Numbered from the stretch's first letter, positions 20,484-33,181 are shown. The stretch is DNA of 64,000 nt from an uncultured delta proteobacterium (GCA_963816145.1 CAWFJP010000011.1:32001-96000); one strand, 5' to 3'. Notes: generated by a model not told the origin, from the letters alone. Numbers and translations are program-made.

Positions 20484-20549
20484 GTGGTTACTTTTGTGAT
20501 TTCCGCATCCTAGGAATCGCGGATAACCGAATTAACAGAAACTGTCGGA

Positions 20550-21602
20550 CTAACGCAACCCCCGCAGGCGCGGATCGAGCACTTCGCGCAAGCCCTCGCC
20601 GACGAGATAGTAAGCAAGCACGGTGATGAAGATGGCAAAGCCGGGGAAGACTGCCAACCACCAGGCGTAAGTGGTGGTGCTGGCTTCGTGCAGAATCGAT
20701 CCCCAAGTGACTAATTCCGCCGGCACGCCGATGCCGAGAAAGCTCAAACTCGACTCGACCAGGATCGCTCCGGCAATGCCGAGCACGACGGAGACAATCA
20801 CCGGCGCCAGCGCATTGGGCAGGATATGTTTGAACATCACCTTGCGGTCGGTGCTCCCAAGGGCGATCGCCGAGGTGACGTAATCCAAATTGCGAATCTT
20901 GAGAAACTCGTTGCGCGTAAAGCGCGCGATGCCAACCCAGCTGGTCGCGCCGATAATGAACATCGTGAGGAAAATGCTCGGCGGCAAAAGCGCGGCGATG
21001 GTGATCAAGAGAAAAAATGTCGGGATCGACAGCATGATCTCGAACAGGCGGGAAATCACCAGGTCGACCCAAGCGCCGAAATAGCCGGCGATCGCGCCCA
21101 AGACCACGCCGATCACGACGGCGATACCGACGGCAACGAATCCAATGGAAAGAGAAATCCGCGAACCATGTATCATGCCGGCCATGACATCGCGGCCGAG
21201 CTTGTCAGTGCCAAACCAATGGCGCCCGGATGGCGGTTCCAGGGGCTCCAACAGATTGATGTTACTCGGACGATAGGGAATCGGCGGGAAAAAGGATTGC
21301 GCGCCTTCAAGCTTTTTGAATTCAACATTCAACAGTTCCGCGGGCCACTTGCCGAACTTCATCCCGACCCAGTAACTGCGAAACACGGGAAAATAAGATT
21401 TACCTTTGTACTGGGTATAGTAAGGCTTATCGTTGGCGATAAAGTCGGCGAACAATGCCATGAAAACAAACACACAAACCACGTAGAAGCCGGTGAGCGC
21501 GATCGAATTGCGCTTGAAACGGCGCCACACATCGGACCACAATCCGCCGGTTTCACCGGGTTCCGTCGCCGTCTCGAGTGTTGACGAATTTGTCGATGCC
21601 AT
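20550..21602 (-). CDS. oppC: peptide ABC transporter permease (OppC/DppC-like)
   Basis: 'HWFGTDKLGRDV', 'KHILPNALAP', 'ESSLSFLGIG'. Confidence 0.92.
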   Translation of the reverse strand: MASTNSSTLETATEPGETGGLWSDVWRRFKRNSIALTGFYVVCVFVFMALFADFIANDKPYYTQYKGKSYFPVFRSYWVGMKFGKWPAELLNVEFKKLEGAQSFFPPIPYRPSNINLLEPLEPPSGRHWFGTDKLGRDVMAGMIHGSRISLSIGFVAVGIAVVIGVVLGAIAGYFGAWVDLVISRLFEIMLSIPTFFLLITIAALLPPSIFLTMFIIGATSWVGIARFTRNEFLKIRNLDYVTSAIALGSTDRKVMFKHILPNALAPVIVSVVLGIAGAILVESSLSFLGIGVPAELVTWGSILHEASTTTYAWWLAVFPGFAIFITVLAYYLVGEGLREVLDPRLRGLR

Positions 21603-21617
21603 GTCCGGTGCTTTTGC

Positions 21618-22649
21618 TCACTGCGCCCGGCGGCCGAAGGCGATTCGCGGATCGACCGCAGCTAACAGTAAGTCCGAGATCAGGATGCCGATCAAGGTTA
21701 AAACCGACGTTACGGCAAGCAGCGCCAGCACCACCGGATAGTCGCGCGACAAAACCGACTCGAAACCGAGCTGTCCTAGACCAGGAATGGAAAATATCGT
21801 TTCGATAATCACGCTACCGCCAATCAGTCCGGGCAGGATGGAAGCGAGCAAAGTCACCTGCGGTATCAGCGAGTTTCGCAGAACATGCTTGAAGACCACA
21901 ACGCCTTCTTCCAACCCTTTGGCGCGCGCCACCTGGACGTAATCTTGGCGCAAGACTTCGAGCATGCTGGCACGCATGTAGCGCGAAAGCCCGGCGAACC
22001 CATCATAGGAAAGCAGCACCACCGGTAAGAACAGATGCCACGCATGGTCGGTGAACTTACGCCACCAAGACCAACTTTCCACCGCATCGAGCGACTCTAG
22101 GCCGCCGGGCGGAAACAGATAATAGAAATCGCCGCCGCAAAGAAACACCAAGGACATCGTCGCTGCCCACACCAACGGCACGGCGAAAAGAACAAAAGCG
22201 ATGAGCGTGGTCGTCTGATCGGTAAGCGAGTTCTGATGCGTCGCCGAATAAATTCCCAGCGGTATCGCCACCAGGTAGACGACGAGCAGGGACCAAAAGT
22301 TGAGCGTCAGAGTCACCGGCAGGCGTTCGGCGATCTTACCCCACACCGGCTGGCTGTCTTTGAATGAATCGCCGAAGCTGAGGGTGAAAATATTCTTGAG
22401 CCAGATCCCGTATTGAAGGTACAGCGGCTTATCGAGGCCATATTGGGCGCGCCACTGCGCCATGGCTTCATCGACAGCGCCCTTTTTATCGACAGAAATG
22501 CCGGCGCCGGCCGCGGCGCCCAAACCGCCAGCCGCGCGCAGTTCCGCCGGATCGCCCGGCGCCAACCGGACAATCAAGAATACAATCAGGGTGATTCCGA
22601 GAAACGTCGGAATCATCAGCAGCACGCGTTGGAGAAAGTAAGCGGTCAT
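21618..22649 (-). CDS. oppB: peptide ABC transporter permease (OppB/DppB-like)
   Basis: 'LAPGDP', 'MRASMLEVLRQDYVQVARAKGL', 'IETIFSIPGLG'. Confidence 0.92.
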   Translation of the reverse strand: MTAYFLQRVLLMIPTFLGITLIVFLIVRLAPGDPAELRAAGGLGAAAGAGISVDKKGAVDEAMAQWRAQYGLDKPLYLQYGIWLKNIFTLSFGDSFKDSQPVWGKIAERLPVTLTLNFWSLLVVYLVAIPLGIYSATHQNSLTDQTTTLIAFVLFAVPLVWAATMSLVFLCGGDFYYLFPPGGLESLDAVESWSWWRKFTDHAWHLFLPVVLLSYDGFAGLSRYMRASMLEVLRQDYVQVARAKGLEEGVVVFKHVLRNSLIPQVTLLASILPGLIGGSVIIETIFSIPGLGQLGFESVLSRDYPVVLALLAVTSVLTLIGILISDLLLAAVDPRIAFGRRAQ

Positions 22650-22661
22650 GAGAATGAAAGG

Positions 22662-24434
22662 CTATTGAGCTGTCAACGTGCTAGCGTATTTCTGTCGAGC
22701 TCCCGGCACCCACCAGTCGGTCGGTTGCAGACCCTTGGGATACACTTCAACGCCGGCAAAGCGCCGCTGCACCACCGACACCCGCTTGCCGATATAAAGA
22801 AACGTGTAGGGCTGCTCTTCGCTCAAGATTCGTTGGAACTCCTTATACATTTCAATCCGTTTTTGCGGATCGAACTCGCGCCGGTAGGATTCCAATATCT
22901 CGTCGACTCGCGAATTTTTGTAGCTGATCGCGTTGGACCCCTTGTTCGCCGCCTGGGAGGAATGCCAAACCTGATAGGCATCGGGTTCGGTCACGCTCAT
23001 CGCCCAGCCGAGAACCACAGCGTCGAAGTTATGATTTTTAACGTCATTCAAGAAGATCGTCCAGTCCAGTTCACGCACGCTGGCAGCGATACCGTGCTTT
23101 TTAAGTTCGTCGAGCAATACCAAGGCGACACTCTTGCGCACCGCGTTGCCCGAGTTCACCTTGATTTCGAATCGCAGCGGTATCCTCCTCCCGTCGATTT
23201 CCTTATCGAGAATGCCGTCGCCGTCACTGTCGCGCCAGCCGGCTTGGTTGAGCAGTTCCACGGCTTTTTTGGGATCGAATGGATAACTGACAAGAGCCCT
23301 ATCGTACTCGGGCCGGAATAAATAAATAGGACTATCGACCACTTCGCCCAGGCCGAAGAGCACCGATTTGACGATTTGACGACGATCGGTGAAATACGTC
23401 ATCGCCTGGCGCACCCTTTTGTCGCGAAATATCGGATGGTCGTTGTTCCAACCGATATACGTGTAAGTTGGCGCGTAATATTCGTAGGTTTGAAACTCTT
23501 GCTTGAATCTTTGACTGCTGGTGCCGCGCACATACTGCACCGGCTGCAAACCCTCGATGAAGTCCAAGCTGCCGCTTTTAAGTCGAATCAGTGCCGCATC
23601 GGCGTTATTGATAATGCGGAACTTCAGCCGATCGAGGTAAACTTGATCGATGCCGGCTTTGCCGCGCCCCCAATAGTTTTCGTCGCGGATTAACTCAACC
23701 TCGCGGCCGGTTTTCCAGCTGGCAAACTTGAACGGCCCGCTCCCCATCGGGTTACGGCTGTTGTTCTTGTTGAACTGGTCGCCGAACTGCCTTACCTCCG
23801 GGGGAAGCTTCTGTGGATCTTGCGCCAGTTGCTTGACCGAAACCCGCGCCAAAAGATTCTCGGGATCATAATAATGCCGCGGTAATACCGTAATGCCGCC
23901 GAGCACACTTTCATTGAGAAAGTACGGCTCCTTGGTCAGAAAGCGAATCGTGTACGGATCGATCAGTTCGGCGTCGATGAGAGAGTTGAAATAGACCCGC
24001 AGGAACGGCGCGTTGACGAAGGGACATTTGATCGCCTTCACGCTAAACAAAACGTCCTCGCCGGTCACCGGTCGACCGTCTTGAAAATGCGCGTCTTTAC
24101 GAATCTTGAACGTGTAACTCAGATGGTCCTGGGAAACTTCCGGACGCGTCTCGGCGATCACCGGTTTGAACGCCAAAGTACGCGGGTCGCGCGATAGCAG
24201 TCCTTCAAAGATCAGTTCGAGAATATCGCTTGATGCCGAATCGTTGCTGGTTAGGGGGTTGAGCTGCTCGGGATCGCTGAGACTATGCATTACCAGCCAG
24301 TCCCCGGTCACCGGCTTGCCCGGGTCTGGTTTGCTCACCACCGGTTTGACGTCGGTGACTTTAACTTCGGTCTTGTCGCCACAGCCGAGGACAAGCAGCA
24401 GCGCAAGGATTAGGCGCCAGCTCTTCGCACGCAT
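22662..24434 (-). CDS. oppA: peptide ABC transporter substrate-binding lipoprotein (family 5)
   Basis: Lipobox 'VLGC', 'YTFKIRKDAHFQDG', 'GSGPFKF', 'DSDGDGILDK'. Confidence 0.9.
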   Translation of the reverse strand: MRAKSWRLILALLLVLGCGDKTEVKVTDVKPVVSKPDPGKPVTGDWLVMHSLSDPEQLNPLTSNDSASSDILELIFEGLLSRDPRTLAFKPVIAETRPEVSQDHLSYTFKIRKDAHFQDGRPVTGEDVLFSVKAIKCPFVNAPFLRVYFNSLIDAELIDPYTIRFLTKEPYFLNESVLGGITVLPRHYYDPENLLARVSVKQLAQDPQKLPPEVRQFGDQFNKNNSRNPMGSGPFKFASWKTGREVELIRDENYWGRGKAGIDQVYLDRLKFRIINNADAALIRLKSGSLDFIEGLQPVQYVRGTSSQRFKQEFQTYEYYAPTYTYIGWNNDHPIFRDKRVRQAMTYFTDRRQIVKSVLFGLGEVVDSPIYLFRPEYDRALVSYPFDPKKAVELLNQAGWRDSDGDGILDKEIDGRRIPLRFEIKVNSGNAVRKSVALVLLDELKKHGIAASVRELDWTIFLNDVKNHNFDAVVLGWAMSVTEPDAYQVWHSSQAANKGSNAISYKNSRVDEILESYRREFDPQKRIEMYKEFQRILSEEQPYTFLYIGKRVSVVQRRFAGVEVYPKGLQPTDWWVPGARQKYASTLTAQ

Positions 24435-24437
24435 AGA

Positions 24438-25259
24438 TCAACTGCCGATGATTTCGATGGGGAATTCTTGGACGTGGGGTGGTTTCTGCTGGGAAAACGA
24501 TTCGGCGGGGAGCGTCGCGTTAAACTCGGGCTCCTGGAAGCGAATCTCCAACTTCTTGCCTTGCAGCGGTGCCTCGATATTGATCGTGGATGGAAACAAG
24601 CCGGCTGACGTCGTGATGTAGTCGGAGAAGCGCGCAGTCAATTCTAGCGCGCCGCCGCCATTGAAGCGCTGCCATTGGGTCGGCACCGGCAATTGCGATT
24701 CGAACGTCAGGCTGTCTTTCATCCGGCCATTGGCTGAAAAGATTAGCGAGTTGCCTTCTTGGCGCCAAGACGCCGACGGCTCAACCGGCGGCAGGCCCAG
24801 CAGCAGCGCCGTGATCTCGTTGAGCTCCAGGGGGATCTGGGTAAGGCGCAATAAGTTTTCTTTGGAACTGCGGCCGCGCACCAGCACCCCTTCGCGCGGG
24901 TGGTAGCCTATTATCTCCTGGTCGTTGGCTGTGACGATCAGGATCGCTCCCAACAATGTCAGCGTTTCCAAACGCAGACGATCGGGCCGCTGGACCAACA
25001 CCGCTTCTTCGAAACCATGCTTACCCTCCGGGCCGGCGTAATTGACCCGAGCCAACGCGCGCACCGAGCGGAACTGTTGGCGACGTTGACCGATCGATTC
25101 GATCAACTTGCCCGACTCCCACTGGGGCACCGGTAGTTGCGGCAGGATCGGGGGTTTGGCAGTGGTCGAACAACCTATGGCGACAAATGCCAGAATGGCG
25201 AGCACAGCGTTGGCGGCGGACGGATAAGCCGTGCCAGCGCTGCGGGCGAGGACGATCAA
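24438..25259 (-). CDS. LolB-like / DUF4292-like lipoprotein
   Basis: Lipobox 'AIGC', 'RPDRLRLE' beta-rich fold; directly downstream of a TPR lipoprotein. Confidence 0.65.
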   Translation of the reverse strand: MIVLARSAGTAYPSAANAVLAILAFVAIGCSTTAKPPILPQLPVPQWESGKLIESIGQRRQQFRSVRALARVNYAGPEGKHGFEEAVLVQRPDRLRLETLTLLGAILIVTANDQEIIGYHPREGVLVRGRSSKENLLRLTQIPLELNEITALLLGLPPVEPSASWRQEGNSLIFSANGRMKDSLTFESQLPVPTQWQRFNGGGALELTARFSDYITTSAGLFPSTINIEAPLQGKKLEIRFQEPEFNATLPAESFSQQKPPHVQEFPIEIIGS

Positions 25260-27028
25260 ATCCTTTTCTCCAGCCGCTGGATTTTTTCGCGCACGCGCTT
25301 GGTCTGCTCAGAATCTTTGGAAAGTTTGAGCGATTCGCGGTAGCGCGCCACAGCGCGGTCGGTCCGGCCGGCCTTTTCGTAGGCATCGCCCAGATGTTCG
25401 ATGATCGTCGGATCGTCCACCGTGAGCTCCACGGCGCGTTCAAGCTGCTCGACGGCGCGCGGGTAATCGCCCTTCTGATAATAAACCCAACCCAAGCTGT
25501 CGATGTAGAAGCCGTCGTTGGGCGCGATCTTGAGCGCCCGTGCGATCAAATCTTCCGCTTCGTCGAGCTGCACCCCCATCTCAGCCCAGGTGTAGCCCAA
25601 GTAGTTGAGGGCCGGCGCGTTCTTGGGATTGAGCTCGATGGCTTTCTTCATGCTGGCGATGGATTTGTCTTTAACTTTGCTCTCATCGTAGAGCGCGCCT
25701 AGTTGAAAATGCGCCTCGTCGTTCTTGGGATCGAGTGCGACGACCCGTTCCATCGACTGAATCGCCCGAGGAAAGTCCTTGGTCTTACGGTACAGCGCGC
25801 TTAGATAAGCATGGATTTCTTTGCGGTCGTTGAGTTTCTTGATAACCGTCTGCAAAATCTCGATGGCTTTGGCGGTTTGCTCTTTGCGCTCGTAGAGTTG
25901 CGCCGCCTGCACCCTGGCATCGGCGTAGAACTCGCTCTTCTCGGAAATCCGCTCGAACGCTTCCAACGCCTTGTCGTTGGCTTTCAGCTCGATATAAGTG
26001 GCGGCGAGATAATAACGCGCCCGGTCGTTTTCGGGATCGCCGGCGAGGACCAGATTAAACTCGGTGGCAGCCCGGTCGTAATCGCCCTTCTCGAAGGAGA
26101 TCAAACCGATCCTGATGCGGGTATCGCGCGGATCGGTTTCCGACCCCTCCAAACGCTCAAACTGGCGCAACGCTTCGTCGAGCTTATTCTGACCGACATA
26201 GAGCTCGCCCAAGCGGCGGCGCGACCATACATGCTGCGGATTGACTTGCAGTAGCCGCTGGTAGGTCTGTATGGCGTCTTCGGTCTTGCCTTCGAGCTCA
26301 TAGACCAACGCCAAGTCCATCAACACCGCTTCCGACTTAGGATTGAGCTCCAAAGCTTTGCGAAAGCTCTGCTCGGCGCCGAGATAGAGCTTGCTCTTGG
26401 CGCGCACCCGGCCGAGATAATAATGGCCCAGGGCGGAGTTGTCGTCGAGTTTGAGCAACTCATCTAAACGCTGGGTTGCCCGCGCGAGATCGTCGACTTG
26501 CAGGTATAAGGCCCCGGCATAGAGCAGCGCTTCCTGGTTCTTCGGATCGAGCTTCAAGACCTCGTTGTATTCCGCCAGCCCCTTTTGATTGTCGCCGACC
26601 GCGGAATAAAGCCCCGCCAGGAGCAAATGGTAGTCGACGCTCTTGGGTTCCAACCTGGCCGCCGACTCCGCCGCGCCCATCGCCTTTTTTAGATCGCCGC
26701 GGCGCAGATAGAGCTGCGCCAAGCGGAAATGTAAAAAGCCGTCCGTGGGACTGGCCTGCGTCGCGGCCTCGAATTCTTTCAGAGCCGGCTCGAACTCACC
26801 ATCGATAAGCAGTAATTGGCCTTTGAGAAAATGATTGAAAGCACTAGCCTCGTCGGGAATGACAGCTTTGGTATCCTTGCTGAAAGGCCCTTCGGGGGAC
26901 CAGACCAAGCCGTCGGGAGGCAGTTGGTGATCAGGTACCGCCGTCGCGCAACCGGACAGTAAGACCAGCAAAAGAGCTGCCCGAAAGCCACGTGTACCCA
27001 TCACTGGAAGGTTTAACACGCTGACCAT
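25256..27028 (-). CDS. tetratricopeptide repeat lipoprotein
   Basis: Lipobox 'LSGC', many TPRs, 'ALNYLGYTWA', 'IDSLGWVYY', 'EHLGDAY'. Confidence 0.9.
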   Translation of the reverse strand: MVSVLNLPVMGTRGFRAALLLVLLSGCATAVPDHQLPPDGLVWSPEGPFSKDTKAVIPDEASAFNHFLKGQLLLIDGEFEPALKEFEAATQASPTDGFLHFRLAQLYLRRGDLKKAMGAAESAARLEPKSVDYHLLLAGLYSAVGDNQKGLAEYNEVLKLDPKNQEALLYAGALYLQVDDLARATQRLDELLKLDDNSALGHYYLGRVRAKSKLYLGAEQSFRKALELNPKSEAVLMDLALVYELEGKTEDAIQTYQRLLQVNPQHVWSRRRLGELYVGQNKLDEALRQFERLEGSETDPRDTRIRIGLISFEKGDYDRAATEFNLVLAGDPENDRARYYLAATYIELKANDKALEAFERISEKSEFYADARVQAAQLYERKEQTAKAIEILQTVIKKLNDRKEIHAYLSALYRKTKDFPRAIQSMERVVALDPKNDEAHFQLGALYDESKVKDKSIASMKKAIELNPKNAPALNYLGYTWAEMGVQLDEAEDLIARALKIAPNDGFYIDSLGWVYYQKGDYPRAVEQLERAVELTVDDPTIIEHLGDAYEKAGRTDRAVARYRESLKLSKDSEQTKRVREKIQRLEKRI

Positions 27029-27081
27029 AGGGGGTCAATGTAGCGCGGCCATGCCTTCATTCGCCGCGTCAACTATGCTAA

Positions 27082-29468
<2,387 letters not shown>

Positions 29469-29759
29469 CTTGCCCCTCCTTGTTGGATCAACGCATGCTC
29501 ATCTCAGGATCGACTTAGCCAAAAAGCCAGGCCTCAAACGGGTCTCATGGACGGGAACCTCGCGGCACGCTCTTCGGTAACCCCGGCCCTCCAAAAAAAA
29601 CCGCCGCCAGGCTACAAAAGTCGCAGGTCGCTTGTCAAATCTTTTAGAACCAACCCACCTTAACCGAAAAAACGGCAATCGCCCGCTCGCGATCTCCGTA
29701 AATACCGCCGTCGTCTTGCCGCGGACGTCTGTCTAGGTTAGAAACTTTGCGAGAAACTT

Positions 29760-30050
29760 ATGACCAATCCGATAGAAACAAGGCGCGTCCACCTCCGCAT
29801 ATCCGGCCGGGTCCAGGGCGTGTATTATCGTGCCTCCATGTTACAGGAGGCGCAGCAGTTAGGTCTCACCGGCTGGGTCATGAATCGTCCCGACGGCTCG
29901 GTGGAAGCGGTGGCGGAAGGCAGCAAGGCGAAACTGGATGAACTTATCGCCTGGTGTCACCGTGGACCTGAAGGCGCGCGGATCGTTGGTGTCGACGCGC
30001 AGTGGCAGAATCCCGATAGCAGTTTTATCGGCTTCGCGATACGGCGGTAG
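29760..30050 (+). CDS. acyP: acylphosphatase
   Basis: 'ISGRVQGVYYR', 'GWVMNRPDGSVE', 'HRGP'. Confidence 0.93.
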   Translation: MTNPIETRRVHLRISGRVQGVYYRASMLQEAQQLGLTGWVMNRPDGSVEAVAEGSKAKLDELIAWCHRGPEGARIVGVDAQWQNPDSSFIGFAIRR

Positions 30051-30056
30051 TCAGCG

Positions 30057-30899
30057 TCACTGGGCGCGCTTGGGTCCCTTGAGATCGAGCGCCAGTCTAT
30101 AAACTTCCTTCTTCGCTAGTCCGTAACGCTCGCCTAGCAATTCGGCGATCTCTTTCACACCCATGCCGTCGTCGGCGAGTTGGCGGATCGTCGCGTGTAG
30201 TTCCTCGTTTGACACTGGCGCATCGCCGCTGGAGCCTTGAACCATGATGACAATCTCGCCTTTGATCTCACGGTCGCCGAGCGAGCCGATGACTTGGGAT
30301 AATTTGCCGCGCACAAACTCCTCGTGGATCTTGGTCAGCTCGCGGGCGATCGCAATCTGCCGGTCGCCCAAGATCTTCAGTATGTCACTGAGCGCGTCCA
30401 GAAGCCGGTGCGGCGCCTCGTAAAAAACCAGCGTCGCGGTGTCGGCGCGGAGGCCCTGCAGCTTCGCCTTGCGCTCTTGCGACTTGGCCGGCAAAAAACC
30501 TTCGAATAAGAAACGCTCCGTCGGTAAACCGCTGGCGCTCAGTGCCGTCGTCAACGCCGAAGCGCCGGGTAGCGGAATGACTTGAATCCCAGCACGAATC
30601 GCTTCGATGACGATACGATAACCTGGGTCGGAGATCGCCGGCGTACCGGCGTCGGACACGAGAGCGATACTAGCTCCGCTTTTAAGACGCTCGACTAGCG
30701 CTCGTGCTTTGTCGCGCTCGTTGTGTTCGTGATAACTAGTCAATGCCGTCTTGATGCCGAAGTGGGCGAGCAAATGCTGCGTATGGCGCGTGTCCTCGGC
30801 GGCGATCAATTCGACTTCTTTAAGAACACGAAGCGCGCGCAGAGTGATGTCTTCGAGATTGCCGATCGGCGTCGGCACGATGTAGAGGATGCCGGGCAT
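30057..30899 (-). CDS. rsmI: 16S rRNA (cytidine(1402)-2'-O)-methyltransferase
   Basis: 'LYIVPTPIGNLEDITLRA', 'VSDAGTPAISDPG', 'ARELTKIHEE'. Confidence 0.95.
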   Translation of the reverse strand: MPGILYIVPTPIGNLEDITLRALRVLKEVELIAAEDTRHTQHLLAHFGIKTALTSYHEHNERDKARALVERLKSGASIALVSDAGTPAISDPGYRIVIEAIRAGIQVIPLPGASALTTALSASGLPTERFLFEGFLPAKSQERKAKLQGLRADTATLVFYEAPHRLLDALSDILKILGDRQIAIARELTKIHEEFVRGKLSQVIGSLGDREIKGEIVIMVQGSSGDAPVSNEELHATIRQLADDGMGVKEIAELLGERYGLAKKEVYRLALDLKGPKRAQ

Positions 30900-30908
30900 G
30901 GGACAAGT

Positions 30909-31391
30909 TAGAGATTTGAGATAGAGATTTGAGACCCCGCCCAATTCGCTGGACGCACAGCTAGCGTTTCATCAGACCGCTTAACATGCTCGCTATTTCA
31001 TCGCAGTGTAAATATAAGTTTTGAAAATGACCATCCTCTACATAATGTTGCTTCTTGCAAACGTGAAGCAAGCTGACGACCTCATACACCGAGCCTTTGG
31101 CGACATTATAAAAGTACCGCGATTCTTTCGGACTGTCCCGGCCAGTCCCTTCTGCGATGTTGGTAGAAATTGACAATGCTGCACGGCGAATCTGCTCGCC
31201 AAGCGAGTACTGATCCCGCTGTTGAATCGATGACGAAACAAGCGCGACCTGTTCGTAGAGAGAAATTGACTTCTGCCAGACATCAAGCCGCTCAAACTTA
31301 AACACTACTTACTCCCAACGCGCTAACGTCAACTGGCTCCTCCTCCGTTCCGACGTCTCCATCTCAATTCTCTATCACCATTCTCTATCTC
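30909..31391. mobile_element. candidate cassette: four-helix-bundle gene enclosed by imperfect inverted repeats
   Basis: Left arm TAGAGATTTGAGATAGAGATTTGAGA (30909-30934); right arm TCTCAATTCTCTATCACCATTCTCTA (31362-31387), 22/26 complementary; enclosed ORF is AT-richer; mobility is inferred. Confidence 0.45.
30961..31305 (-). CDS. four helix bundle protein (23S rRNA IVS-protein / Avd-like family)
   Basis: 'FERLDVWQKS', 'YSLGEQIRRAALSISTNIAEG', 'AKGSVYE'; GTG start with GGGAG RBS. Confidence 0.9.
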   Translation of the reverse strand: MFKFERLDVWQKSISLYEQVALVSSSIQQRDQYSLGEQIRRAALSISTNIAEGTGRDSPKESRYFYNVAKGSVYEVVSLLHVCKKQHYVEDGHFQNLYLHCDEIASMLSGLMKR

Positions 31392-32211
31392 ACTTTCCCC
31401 AATCCCGCGAGTAGCGGAAGTCGCGGTCGATGGTGCGTTGCGAGACTTTGGCGATCACCGGCAGGCGCCGTTTGAATTGGGAATTCATGATGCGCGTGGC
31501 GATGTCGTCGATGAAGCGTTCGGGGAAACCGGCGGCGGCCAACTCGGCTTTGGTGTAGCGCCGGTCGACCATCAGGTAGAGCAGCTTGTCGACTTCGCGG
31601 TAGGAAAAGCCCAACTCGCCTTCGTCGGTCTGGCCGCTCCACAAATCCGCCGACGGCTCCTTGATAACGATCACCGGAGGCACGCCGATCGCCTCGGAAA
31701 GCGCCCACACCTGGGTCTTGTAGAGATCGCCTAGCGGATTGAGCGCCGATGCCATGTCGCCATGGATGGTGCCATAGCCAAGCAAAAGCTCGGTCTTGTT
31801 GCTGGTGCCAAGGACCAGCGCATTCCAGCGCATCGATTGATCGTAAAGGATCGTCATGCGCTCGCGCGCCATCTTGTTGCCGCGCCGGCGCGCATCGGCG
31901 TCGGGAAAGCGCTCGAAGTAGCCGTCGATCTGCGGCGTGATATCGACCAGCAGCGACTCGATGTCGCTCTTTCCCGCGACCATCTCTGCATGAGCCTGAC
32001 TATCGGGATTGGAGTTCTTATAGGGCATCATCACGCCCATAACATTTTTCGGCCCCAACGCTTCAGCCGCCAACATCGCGCTCAACGCCGAATCGACACC
32101 GCCGGAAAGCCCGACCACCACGCGCACAAGCCCGGTCTTACGTACTTCATTACGAATGAATGCGACGAGTATCTGGCGCAGTAAAACGGTGTTAATCGGG
32201 ATCTGAATCAT
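31390..32211 (-). CDS. nadE: NAD+ synthetase (synthetase domain only)
   Basis: 'GLSGGVDS', 'GNKMARERM', 'GTSNKTE', 'PSADLW.GQTDE'. Confidence 0.95.
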   Translation of the reverse strand: MIQIPINTVLLRQILVAFIRNEVRKTGLVRVVVGLSGGVDSALSAMLAAEALGPKNVMGVMMPYKNSNPDSQAHAEMVAGKSDIESLLVDITPQIDGYFERFPDADARRRGNKMARERMTILYDQSMRWNALVLGTSNKTELLLGYGTIHGDMASALNPLGDLYKTQVWALSEAIGVPPVIVIKEPSADLWSGQTDEGELGFSYREVDKLLYLMVDRRYTKAELAAAGFPERFIDDIATRIMNSQFKRRLPVIAKVSQRTIDRDFRYSRDWGK

Positions 32212-32266
32212 CGCAAGGTAGTCGGTGGATAGTTCGTCGGGCCAGCAAGAGAGCTTGACCTGCAGG

Positions 32267-33181
32267 TTATTTCTTCTTGGCGGTTCTCCGGTCTTGAACC
32301 TTTGAACCTTTGAACTTTCGAACGATCTCCGCCCCCGGCCGCTCGCGGATACGCATCAGCTCATTGATCGTCAGATCCAAATCCTCGTCGCGCAACAGCG
32401 GCGACATGGTGCGTTTGCGCCGCACCGCCTCGAAGCCGGCATCGATGGCGATGAAGTCCTCTTCGTAATAGCGCGCCTTGGCGAGCCGCTCGCCGAAGGG
32501 ATCGACGATCTCGGAGCCGCCCCAGAAGCCGACACCGTCTTCGAATCCACAGCGGTTACCGTAGACCATGAACAGACTGTAGGTTTCGGCATAAACATGA
32601 TTGAGCATCTCCCAGTAGCGCGCGTTGTCGTCCTGGCTCTGCTGATCGACGATGCCGCGCAGCGGACTGGCCGACGGACAGAGCACCGCCAGGGCGCCAT
32701 CCAAAGCGGCCAAATATATCGTCGATGGGTGCCAGAGATCTTCACAGATCAACAGCGCCATGCGACCGAACTTGGAGTCGAACGCGCGCACCCGGTCGCC
32801 GCGGGCGAAATAGCGCTGTTCGTCGAACATGCCGTAGGTCGGTAGATAGACTTTGCGGTGCACATGCCGCACTGCGCCATCCTCGAAATAGACCGCCGAG
32901 TTGAAGAACCTATGGTCGGGGCTCTCTTCGACAAGCCCCGCGACGAAGGCGAGCTTGCGGCTGAGCGCCGTGAGCTGCTTGATCTCTGGCGAATCCAGTT
33001 TCAACGCTACCGCCGGCACGGTGTCGCGCAGCATGTAGCCGGTGAGACTCAATTCAGGGAATAATAACAGTTGGGCTTTGTCATCGGCGGCGTGACCGAT
33101 GCGCTCTTTATACAACGCCAGGTTAGCCTGGAGGTCGCCAAGTCTTGGGTTGACCTGGCCGATAGCGATGCGGATGGACAC
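32267..33181 (-). CDS. carbon-nitrogen hydrolase (nitrilase fold), probable stand-alone glutaminase subunit for NadE
   Basis: E-K-C triad 'FPELSLTGY', '[18 protein letters not shown]', 'ICEDLW'; adjacent and co-oriented with nadE. Confidence 0.85.
   Translation of the reverse strand: MSIRIAIGQVNPRLGDLQANLALYKERIGHAADDKAQLLLFPELSLTGYMLRDTVPAVALKLDSPEIKQLTALSRKLAFVAGLVEESPDHRFFNSAVYFEDGAVRHVHRKVYLPTYGMFDEQRYFARGDRVRAFDSKFGRMALLICEDLWHPSTIYLAALDGALAVLCPSASPLRGIVDQQSQDDNARYWEMLNHVYAETYSLFMVYGNRCGFEDGVGFWGGSEIVDPFGERLAKARYYEEDFIAIDAGFEAVRRKRTMSPLLRDEDLDLTINELMRIRERPGAEIVRKFKGSKVQDRRTAKKK

Noticed and set aside
30961-31305. Diversity-generating retroelement (Avd-like gene)
   Set aside because: No reverse transcriptase or TR/VR repeat pair seen in the window
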